DNA of 64,000 nucleotides from contig CANJZQ010000009.1 of NCBI GenBank assembly GCA_947479535.1, positions 5,748 through 69,747 on the forward strand, written 5' to 3'. The notes beneath the pieces were generated by a model, which worked only from the letters and a program-made list of their open reading frames with translations, was not told the DNA's origin and ran no database searches. Each line of letters opens with the position of its first letter. Position 1 is the stretch's first letter. The stretch is from Oligoflexales bacterium (GTDB lineage Bacteria; Bdellovibrionota_B; Oligoflexia; Oligoflexales; RGVZ01). Positions 57,122 to 64,000 of the stretch are shown in pieces. A program made the translations under genes and the position numbers.

Positions 57122-57691
57122 ATGGCAAGCAAGACACCAAAAGCAAAAGGCGAGATGCCGCGGCTCCAAGCTCAATTTGGCGAGTTCCGCGTGCAGTTGC
57201 AAAAAGAACTTGGTTTGAAGAACCCGATGCAGGTCCCGCACATCAAGAAAATCGTCGTTAATATCGGCGAAGGTGATGCCGTAGAAAATCGCAAGGCCCT
57301 CGAGGGCGCTGTGACGGATATGACGCTGATCACCGGACAAAAGCCGATCATGACGCGTGCCAAGAAGAGCATCGCAACCTTTAAGTTGCGCCAGGGCATG
57401 CCAATTGGTTGCGCAGTTACGCTTCGCCGTCAGCGCATGTACGAATTTTTAGATCGTTTCATCAACGTTGCTGTTCCCCGCATTCGTGACTTCCGCGGGT
57501 TTTCTCCTAAGGCGTTTGACGGTCGCGGCTGTTATACGCTGGGCATCAAGGAACAGATCATTTTCCCAGAAATCGACTATGACAAGGTGGACAAGATCCG
57601 CGGCATGGGCATCACAATTGTGACGTCTGCCAGGACTGACGTTGAAGCAAAGGCGCTTCTCGAGAAGTTCAACTTTCCATTCCGGAAATAA
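57122..57691 (+). CDS. rplE: 50S ribosomal protein uL5
   Basis: [34 protein letters not shown]. Confidence 0.99.
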   Translation: MASKTPKAKGEMPRLQAQFGEFRVQLQKELGLKNPMQVPHIKKIVVNIGEGDAVENRKALEGAVTDMTLITGQKPIMTRAKKSIATFKLRQGMPIGCAVTLRRQRMYEFLDRFINVAVPRIRDFRGFSPKAFDGRGCYTLGIKEQIIFPEIDYDKVDKIRGMGITIVTSARTDVEAKALLEKFNFPFRK

Positions 57692-57730
57692 AGTACGAAA
57701 TCAGCGAAAGCTGAAAGGAGCATAGAGACA

Positions 57731-57916
57731 ATGGCCAAGAAAGCCATGATTGAAAAGTGTAACCGCGAACAAAAGTTCAGCGTAAGGGCTTACACCCGTT
57801 GCACAAAGTGCGGTCGACCGAAGGCTGTGTACCGCAAATTCGGCATCTGCCGGATCTGTTTCCGCACGATGGCGCTCAAGGGCCAACTGCCCGGCGTACT
57901 TAAAGCTTCCTGGTAA
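57731..57916 (+). CDS. rpsN: 30S ribosomal protein uS14 (short, zinc-binding type Z)
   Basis: 61 aa; RCTKCGR...CRICFR...G.LPG..KASW. Confidence 0.98.
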   Translation: MAKKAMIEKCNREQKFSVRAYTRCTKCGRPKAVYRKFGICRICFRTMALKGQLPGVLKASW

Positions 57917-57953
57917 TTCAGCACACGAGAAGGCTCTGCCTTAGGAGATATCG

Positions 57954-58352
57954 ATGAACGTATGTGACCCAATTTCTGATCTGCTCGCAAGGATCCGCAA
58001 CGGCCAAAAGGCCGGCCACGAAGTGGTGTCGGTCCCTGCTTCAGCAATGAAAATTGCTATCACGCACCTTCTTAAAGAAGAAGGTTTTGTCCGAAACTAC
58101 AAATGCATCCGTGATCGCAAGCAAGGCATGATCAAGATCGCCTTGAACTACCGCGAAGACGGTGATGGCGTAATCCTTGGTATCAAGCGGATCAGCCGCC
58201 CGAGTCGCCGGGTTTACGTCGGCACAGACAAGATTCCGTTTGTAAAGAACGGTTTTGGAACTGCGATTTTGTCGACTTCCCGCGGAGTCATGACTTGTCG
58301 CGAGGCTCGCAAACAGCGTTTGGGTGGCGAGCATCTCTGCTCTGTATTCTAA
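57954..58352 (+). CDS. rpsH: 30S ribosomal protein uS8
   Basis: DPISDLL.RIRN, LKEEGFV, RISRP..RVY, STSRG, GGE. Confidence 0.98.
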   Translation: MNVCDPISDLLARIRNGQKAGHEVVSVPASAMKIAITHLLKEEGFVRNYKCIRDRKQGMIKIALNYREDGDGVILGIKRISRPSRRVYVGTDKIPFVKNGFGTAILSTSRGVMTCREARKQRLGGEHLCSVF

Positions 58353-58408
58353 AATTGGCCCCAGGCGAGTGTCTTGGGGTTTGAGTAAAGTTTGAAGGGG
58401 ACTTCAAA

Positions 58409-58951
58409 ATGTCTCGTATCGGTAAAAAGCCAATCGCTCTGCCAAAGGGCGTTGAAGTGAAAGTCGACGGCAGCATGATTCAGGTCAAAGGACCTAAGGG
58501 TCAACTGAGTCATAAGGTCCATGACACCATGTCGATCGCCGTTGATGGCGGTGTGGTGACAGTAGTGCCAAAGAGTGGGCGTAACGATATCAGCCAGTTT
58601 CATGGGCTGACGCGCACTCTGGTCACAAACATGGTTACCGGTGTTTCTGAAGGCTTTTCGAAGACACTGACTTTGGTGGGTGTCGGTTATCGCGCGGCGG
58701 CAAAGGGCAAGGGAATCTCCCTGAACTTGGGCCATAGCCACCCGATTGACTTCGACGCTCCCGCAGGAATCGACATTAAAGTCGACAAATTGACGACCAT
58801 CATTGTATCCGGTGCGGATAAAGAGTTGGTCGGTCGTGTTTCTGCAACCCTTAGGGGATTGCGCGCTCCTGAGCCATACCATGGCAAGGGTGCCCGCTAC
58901 GCAGATGAAGTTATTGCTACGAAGGTTGGTAAGGCTGCTGGTAAGAAGTAA
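58409..58951 (+). CDS. rplF: 50S ribosomal protein uL6
   Basis: MSRIGKKPI, VKGPKG, GVGYRA, PEPY.GKG. Confidence 0.99.
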   Translation: MSRIGKKPIALPKGVEVKVDGSMIQVKGPKGQLSHKVHDTMSIAVDGGVVTVVPKSGRNDISQFHGLTRTLVTNMVTGVSEGFSKTLTLVGVGYRAAAKGKGISLNLGHSHPIDFDAPAGIDIKVDKLTTIIVSGADKELVGRVSATLRGLRAPEPYHGKGARYADEVIATKVGKAAGKK

Positions 58952-58992
58952 CCAGTCTCGGATCCAGCAGCGGTCACGAAAGGGAAGTATCT

Positions 58993-59349
58993 ATGAGTTC
59001 GATGAATGTGAAGTCTGCAATGCGAGCCCGCCGGAAGCTCCGCGGTCGCAAGAAAATCTCTGGCACGCCAGAGCGTCCCCGGATGTCGGTATTCCGCTCC
59101 GCGCGGCATGTGTTCGTCCAGGTTGTCGACGACAACACTGGCAAGACCTTGGTTTCCGTCGGTACTTTTGCCAAGGGCAAGGCCGAGCGCGCTAATAAAG
59201 ATGTCTGCGCAGAAGTCGGCAAAACCGTTGCGGCCAAGTGCAAAGAAAAGAACATAACCAAAGTCGTCTTCGACAAGAACGGTTACACATACCACGGCCG
59301 CATCAAGGCCTTGGCTGATGGTGCCCGTGAAGCTGGTCTGGATTTCTAA
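58993..59349 (+). CDS. rplR: 50S ribosomal protein uL18
   Basis: RPR..VFRS, VVFD, YHGRIKALADGAREAGL.F. Confidence 0.98.
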   Translation: MSSMNVKSAMRARRKLRGRKKISGTPERPRMSVFRSARHVFVQVVDDNTGKTLVSVGTFAKGKAERANKDVCAEVGKTVAAKCKEKNITKVVFDKNGYTYHGRIKALADGAREAGLDF

Positions 59350-59370
59350 AGGACTCCCGAGAGGTAACCT

Positions 59371-59973
59371 GTGTCAAAAGAAACCAAAGAGCCAAGAAAA
59401 GTAGATGAGCGTGACAACGATGGTCTTCAGGACCGGGTTGTACACATTGCCCGCGTAGCGAAGGTTGTGAAGGGCGGTCGCCGCTTCAGCTTCAGTGCGC
59501 TGGTGGTGGTGGGCGATGGACGCGAAAAAGTGGGCTTCGGGCTGGGTAAAGCCAGCGAAGTGCCAGACGCGATTCGCAAGGCATCTGAGCAGGCGAAAAA
59601 GAACATGACCAAGATCCCGATGGTCGACGGAACGATTCCGTTTGATGTGACGGGTAAGTTCGGTTCTGCTCGCGTCATCATGTTCCCAGCCAAAAAAGGT
59701 AAAGGGATCATTGCCGGCGGTGCTGTTCGTATTCTTGTTGAACTGGGCGGTGTCCAAGACATCATCTGTAAGGTTCACGGGACGAAGAACCACCAGAACG
59801 TCGTTCGGGCGGCAATGGACGGCCTGAAACAACTGATGCTTCCGGAGCAGTACGCTGCCTACCGTGGCAAGGTTGCAGAGGAAACCAGGCAGATTCGCCA
59901 AAGTAAGGCTGAAATCCGCCGCTCAACCAAGGTTGCAGCCGGTAAATCTGGTGCTGCCAAGGCGAAGAAGTAA
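59371..59973 (+). CDS. rpsE: 30S ribosomal protein uS5
   Basis: RVAKVVKGGRRFSFSALVVVGD, GKA.EVP.AIRKA; Lys/Ala-rich tail. Confidence 0.99.
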   Translation: MSKETKEPRKVDERDNDGLQDRVVHIARVAKVVKGGRRFSFSALVVVGDGREKVGFGLGKASEVPDAIRKASEQAKKNMTKIPMVDGTIPFDVTGKFGSARVIMFPAKKGKGIIAGGAVRILVELGGVQDIICKVHGTKNHQNVVRAAMDGLKQLMLPEQYAAYRGKVAEETRQIRQSKAEIRRSTKVAAGKSGAAKAKK

Positions 59974-59994
59974 GGTCTGAAAAGGAACTGGGAA

Positions 59995-60177
59995 ATGTCA
60001 GAGATCGTCATTAAGCAACATCGCAGCCTGATTGGTCAGTCGGAAGCCAACAGGAAAGTTGTCAAAGCTCTTGGTCTTGGCCGTATTGGTCGGACGAAGA
60101 CACACAAGGACAACAACTGTATCCGTGGAATGATCAACAAGGTTAAGCACCTTGTAACGTATGAGCTGAAGGGTTGA
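59995..60177 (+). CDS. rpmD: 50S ribosomal protein uL30
   Basis: RSLIG, ALGL, IRGMINKVKHLV. Confidence 0.97.
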   Translation: MSEIVIKQHRSLIGQSEANRKVVKALGLGRIGRTKTHKDNNCIRGMINKVKHLVTYELKG

Positions 60178-60179
60178 AC

Positions 60180-60653
60180 ATGCCAACCAAGAAACCTGAA
60201 ACAGCAGTGATGAAGAACCTTGGAAACGTGGCGCCAGCAAAAGGCTCCAATATCAAGATCAAGCGTATTGGTCGCGGTATCGGTAGCGGTTTGGGTAAGA
60301 CATCTGCCCATGGTGGCAAGGGCCAGACGGCCCGCGCCGGTGGCGGTATCCGGGCTGGTTTCGAAGGGGGCCAGATGCCTCTTTATCGGCGCCTGCCAAA
60401 GCGTGGCTTTACTAATTTGTTCGCAAAGCGCTTCAATTCGATCAACGTCTCTGACTTGAATCGTTTCGAGTCCGGCTCGCGCATCGATCGTGAGGCACTC
60501 GTCAAGGCTGGACTTGTCAGATTTGACGATCTCCCGATGAAGTTGCTGGGTAACGGCAAGCTGGAGAAGAAGCTGACGGTTTGCGTCAATAAGGTAAGTG
60601 CATCGGCCAAGCAGGCCGTTGAAAAATTGGGCGGTAAAGTCGAGGAGATCTAA
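60180..60653 (+). CDS. rplO: 50S ribosomal protein uL15
   Basis: RIGRGIGSG.GKT, GFEGGQMPLYRRLPKRGF. Confidence 0.98.
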   Translation: MPTKKPETAVMKNLGNVAPAKGSNIKIKRIGRGIGSGLGKTSAHGGKGQTARAGGGIRAGFEGGQMPLYRRLPKRGFTNLFAKRFNSINVSDLNRFESGSRIDREALVKAGLVRFDDLPMKLLGNGKLEKKLTVCVNKVSASAKQAVEKLGGKVEEI

Positions 60654-60655
60654 GA

Positions 60656-61978
60656 GTGGCCCAGGCGATTTCGAAGCTACCGGAAGGCACGCTGAACCAC
60701 CTCCAAAAGAAAATCCTGTACACATTGGGATTTCTTGCCATCTACCGGATCGGGGTGCATGTCCCGATCCCCGGGGTAGACACAGAGGCTCTTAGTGAGT
60801 TTTTCAAGACACAAGGTGCGAACCTGTTCGGCATGTTCAACATGTTTTCAGGTGGCGCGCTAGAGCGTTTCTCCGTGTTCGCTCTTGGGGTCATGCCCTA
60901 TATCTCGGCGTCTATTATTGCTCAGCTGCTGACAGTGGTCGTTCCCCACCTCGAAGCCCTCTCTAAAGAGGGCGAAGCTGGGCGGCGGAAAATCACTCAG
61001 TACACCCGTTACGGCACAGTCGTGCTGGCATTCGTTCAAGGCTACATGATCGCGAATACTTTGGAAGCAGCCCCATTCCAGGGCAGCTCTCTTGTTCTTG
61101 CAGGCGGGATGGGATGGAGAATTATGACCACCCTGTCTCTGACCGCGGGTACGGCATTCGTGATGTGGCTCGGCGAGCAGATCACCGAACGCGGTGTTGG
61201 TAACGGCATGTCCTTGATTATTTTCGCTGGTATCGTTGCGGGACTGCCTCGCGTCATCGGTTCCACATATAGCCAATTCGCTCACGCTCAACTCGACCTC
61301 GCCCGCATCGCTCTTCTTGGTGGAGTTATCATCTGCGTGATTGCCGGTGTTGTTTTCCTCGAAAACGGCGTTCGTCAGGTACCGATTCAATACGCCAAGC
61401 GCCAGGTTGGTGGGCGGATTTACGGTGGTCAAAATTCTCACCTTCCGATCCGCATCAACGCAGCAGGCGTGATTCCTCCGATTTTCGCCAGTTCGCTTTT
61501 GCAGTTTCCTTTGACAATCTCGGCAGTCGCTCCGAACACCAAGATTGCCGCGTTTATTTCGGCGAACCTGAATCCGGGCGGCTGGCTATACAACAGCATG
61601 TACGTCGCCATGATTATTTTCTTTGCGTACTTCTATACGTCAATCACGTTCAAACCCGATGAGATTGCCGAGAACCTGAAGAAGCACGGGGGCTTCGTCC
61701 CAGGCATTCGTCCCGGCACCAAGACGGCCGAGTTCATGGAACGGATTGTGAGCCGCTTAACGCTGTCTGGTGCTCTGTACCTTTCCGCCATTTGCGTCCT
61801 TCCGACCATTCTGACCGGAAATTTCAACGTTCAGTTCTACTTTGGCGGAACGAGCCTTCTGATTGTGGTCGGCACAGCGCTTGAAACCTTCCGCCAGATC
61901 GAAGCCCACCGCCAGAGCCTCCGTTACGATTCATTTTTGAAGCGTGGCGCGATTCGACCCCGTCGGGGAACGGTATGA
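60656..61978 (+). CDS. secY: Preprotein translocase subunit SecY
   Basis: FSVFALGVMPYISASII, WLGEQITERGVGNG, GVIPPIFA, PGIRPG, GGTSLLIVV. Confidence 0.99.
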   Translation: MAQAISKLPEGTLNHLQKKILYTLGFLAIYRIGVHVPIPGVDTEALSEFFKTQGANLFGMFNMFSGGALERFSVFALGVMPYISASIIAQLLTVVVPHLEALSKEGEAGRRKITQYTRYGTVVLAFVQGYMIANTLEAAPFQGSSLVLAGGMGWRIMTTLSLTAGTAFVMWLGEQITERGVGNGMSLIIFAGIVAGLPRVIGSTYSQFAHAQLDLARIALLGGVIICVIAGVVFLENGVRQVPIQYAKRQVGGRIYGGQNSHLPIRINAAGVIPPIFASSLLQFPLTISAVAPNTKIAAFISANLNPGGWLYNSMYVAMIIFFAYFYTSITFKPDEIAENLKKHGGFVPGIRPGTKTAEFMERIVSRLTLSGALYLSAICVLPTILTGNFNVQFYFGGTSLLIVVGTALETFRQIEAHRQSLRYDSFLKRGAIRPRRGTV

Positions 61979-62622
61979 TTGTTGTTCTCACGGGAGCTCC
62001 GGGGGCCGGAAAAGGGACCCAGGCGGATATGATTGCTTCTCGCGCTGGCTTTCGTAAGGTTTCGACAGGTGACGCGCTTCGCAAGCATGTCCGGATCAAA
62101 TCGCCAATTGGCCTGCAGGCGGAAGCCGTCATGGCACGCGGTGAGTTGGTTTCGGATGAGATCCTGTTTGAGGTTTTGCGTGAGGAACTTGGTCCAAACC
62201 CAGAAGAAAAAATCCTTCTGGATGGATACCCACGGAATGTGGCACAGGCCAAGACTCTGAATTCATTACGTGAAATAAACCCTGTCGTTTTGGCTATCCA
62301 TCTGGACGTCGATGCCTCTGAGCTGGTCACCCGTTTGAGCGGCCGTCGCGTATGCGGTAATTGTGGCGCAACCTTCCATGTCAGCTTGACGCCATCCAAG
62401 GCAAGCGGAGTTTGCGACAAGTGTGGCGGAAGCTTGCAGCAGCGGACGGATGACCGGGAAGAGAGCGTTCGGACCAGATTGTCGGTTTATGATTCAACGA
62501 CAAAGCCAGTTCTCGAATATTACAGGGAAAAAGGTCTTTATGACCGGGTTGATGGCAAGGGTACTACGGAAGAGGTTTTTAGTAAGTTGAAGGCTAGTCT
62601 TAACCGGCTTGGCCTCACTTGA
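61975..62622 (+). CDS. adk: Adenylate kinase (zinc lid)
   Basis: GAPGAGKGTQ, STGD, LDGYPR; lid CGNC...CDKC. Confidence 0.98.
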   Translation: MIVVLTGAPGAGKGTQADMIASRAGFRKVSTGDALRKHVRIKSPIGLQAEAVMARGELVSDEILFEVLREELGPNPEEKILLDGYPRNVAQAKTLNSLREINPVVLAIHLDVDASELVTRLSGRRVCGNCGATFHVSLTPSKASGVCDKCGGSLQQRTDDREESVRTRLSVYDSTTKPVLEYYREKGLYDRVDGKGTTEEVFSKLKASLNRLGLT

Positions 62623-62641
62623 ATCTTCGAGCCTAAAAAGC

Positions 62642-62670
62642 TTGCAGGTGAAGTTGCTTTAGGTTAGTTT
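62642..62670 (+). promoter_or_regulatory. Candidate sigma-70 promoter for the infA-rpmJ-alpha operon
   Basis: TTGCAG-N17-TAGTTT in the adk-infA gap. Confidence 0.45.
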
Positions 62671-62716
62671 GCCGCACCTTTGTGTCCACAGGGGTGCGCC
62701 TATTTGAAAGAGCTTG

Positions 62717-62935
62717 ATGTCAAAAGAAGAAGTCATTGAAGTCGAAGGCGTTGTCAAAGAACCGCTCCCTAACGCGATGTTTCGGGTGAAGCTCGAAAAC
62801 GGGCATGAGGTTCTCGCTCATATCAGCGGAAAGATGAGGATGCACTTCATCAAGATTCTTCCTGGGGACAAGGTAAAGTTAGAAATATCGCCCTATGATT
62901 TGACTCGTGGGCGGATTACATATCGCGCGAAGTAG
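62717..62935 (+). CDS. infA: Translation initiation factor IF-1
   Basis: [32 protein letters not shown]. Confidence 0.99.
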   Translation: MSKEEVIEVEGVVKEPLPNAMFRVKLENGHEVLAHISGKMRMHFIKILPGDKVKLEISPYDLTRGRITYRAK

Positions 62936-62973
62936 CACCAGTATTCGGAAGTTTTTAAAGGGAATGGTGGGTT

Positions 62974-63087
62974 ATGAAAGTTAGAGCAAGCGTGAAGCCA
63001 ATTTGTGAGAAGTGCAAGGTTATCCGCCGCAAGAATGTCGTGCGGGTGATTTGCTCGGTTGGCAAGCACAAGCAGAAGCAGGGGTAA
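62974..63087 (+). CDS. rpmJ: 50S ribosomal protein bL36 (not in the ORF track)
   Basis: Hand translation: [37 protein letters not shown]. Confidence 0.97.
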   Translation: MKVRASVKPICEKCKVIRRKNVVRVICSVGKHKQKQG

Positions 63088-63094
63088 GGGATCC

Positions 63095-63472
63095 ATGGCA
63101 CGTATTGCAGGTGTTGACCTTCCAGGTCAAAAACGTATCGAAATCGCTCTTACGAGCATCTTTGGAATCGGCCGCAAGACCGCTCAGCAGGTCGTTCGCG
63201 AGGCAGGCTTGAAGCCTGAAGTACGCGCCGCTGATCTTGATTCCAATGAAGTCAACGCACTCCGCAAAGTCATCGACAGCAAGTTTGTTGTCGAAGGTGA
63301 TTTGCGTCGTGAAATCGCCTTGTCGGTAAAGCGCCTCATGGACTTGAACTGCACGCGGGGCATTCGCCATCGCAAAGGTTTGCCAGTCCGTGGCCAGCGC
63401 ACCAAGACGAATGCCCGCACCCGTAAGGGTCCGCGCAAGACGATCGCCGGCAAGAAAAAAGCTCCTACTTGA
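63095..63472 (+). CDS. rpsM: 30S ribosomal protein uS13
   Basis: [37 protein letters not shown]. Confidence 0.99.
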   Translation: MARIAGVDLPGQKRIEIALTSIFGIGRKTAQQVVREAGLKPEVRAADLDSNEVNALRKVIDSKFVVEGDLRREIALSVKRLMDLNCTRGIRHRKGLPVRGQRTKTNARTRKGPRKTIAGKKKAPT

Positions 63473-63492
63473 TAGAAAGGTAGCAAATAGTC

Positions 63493-63891
63493 ATGGCAAC
63501 TAAACCAGCAGCAACTGGTGCTAAGAAGAAGAAAGTCAAGCGCAACGTCCCAGCAGGGGTTGTGCACATAAAGGCTAGCTTCAACAACACACTCATTACA
63601 TTCACCGACGTCAATGGCGATGTGGTGGCTTGGTCGAGTTCGGGTAGTAAGGGTTTTAAAGGGTCGCGTAAAAGCACACCATTTGCAGCGCAAATGGCGG
63701 CTGAGGAAGCGTCTCGCAAGGCAATGGATTCCGGCATGCGTACGGTCTCTGTGCTCGTCAGCGGTCCAGGGTCTGGCCGTGAGAGTGCAGTTCGTGCGAT
63801 TGCAGCTGCTGGAATGCGTGTGGCCATGATCAAGGATGTTACCCCGATCCCGCACAACGGCTGCCGCCCATCAAAGCGCCGTCGGGTCTAA
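63493..63891 (+). CDS. rpsK: 30S ribosomal protein uS11
   Basis: [36 protein letters not shown]. Confidence 0.99.
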   Translation: MATKPAATGAKKKKVKRNVPAGVVHIKASFNNTLITFTDVNGDVVAWSSSGSKGFKGSRKSTPFAAQMAAEEASRKAMDSGMRTVSVLVSGPGSGRESAVRAIAAAGMRVAMIKDVTPIPHNGCRPSKRRRV

Positions 63892-63919
63892 TCAACAGTA
63901 TTGAAGAAGGGGTAATCCA

Positions 63920-64000
63920 GTGGCCCGATATACCGGTCCAGTTTGCAGGCTCTGTCGTCGTGAAGGCGAGAAGCTCTTTTTGAAGGGCGATCGTTGCTTC
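63920..64000 (+). CDS. rpsD: 30S ribosomal protein uS4 (N-terminal part, runs off the window)
   Basis: GTG start; [27 protein letters not shown]. Confidence 0.95.
   Translation, partial: MARYTGPVCRLCRREGEKLFLKGDRCF

Noticed and set aside
57731-64000. Zinc-motif versions of uS14, bL36, uS4 and Adk; map absent between adk and infA
   Set aside because: These are common, known variants, and a map gene is present at 47129-47887.

Overview
A mostly housekeeping bacterial chromosome segment. The gene content (FTR1-cytochrome c fusion, multiheme cytochrome, futalosine genes, Zn-motif ribosomal proteins, several lineage-style membrane hypotheticals) suggests a deltaproteobacteria-like organism, possibly Bdellovibrionota/Oligoflexia; this is an inference only. 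From left to right the window holds: dnaB (5'-truncated), fis, grpE, lon, def-rpe-hutH-hyp-rhomboid, an uncharacterised gene pair, lipoproteins, UbiA/UbiX, ilvA, two orphan response regulators, yhhQ plus an atypical HesB protein, a tetraheme cytochrome, methylmalonyl-CoA mutase-meaB, cardiolipin synthase, FTR1, tRNA-Arg(CCG), cytochrome c peroxidase, hydrolases, mqnC, rplS, yraN/rnhB, trxA, a GHMP kinase, yacG, map, an olsB/olsA-like pair, an M14 peptidase, and the S10-spc-alpha ribosomal cluster (rpsJ to partial rpsD). I found no integrase, transposase, prophage, CRISPR array or rRNA, and no clear-cut new multi-gene system is proven by the sequence. The best leads are: (1) rplX (uL24) is missing from the spc operon, with a 6-codon mini-ORF in its place and a divergent uL29; (2) an uncharacterised gene pair with a zincin-like EExSH motif and a structured leader; (3) a multi-branched RNA leader upstream of rpsJ; (4) a HesB protein lacking its CGC ligands, coupled to a queuosine-precursor transporter; (5) a UshA-like CGC-motif tetraheme protein; (6) a degenerate sigma-54 activator.
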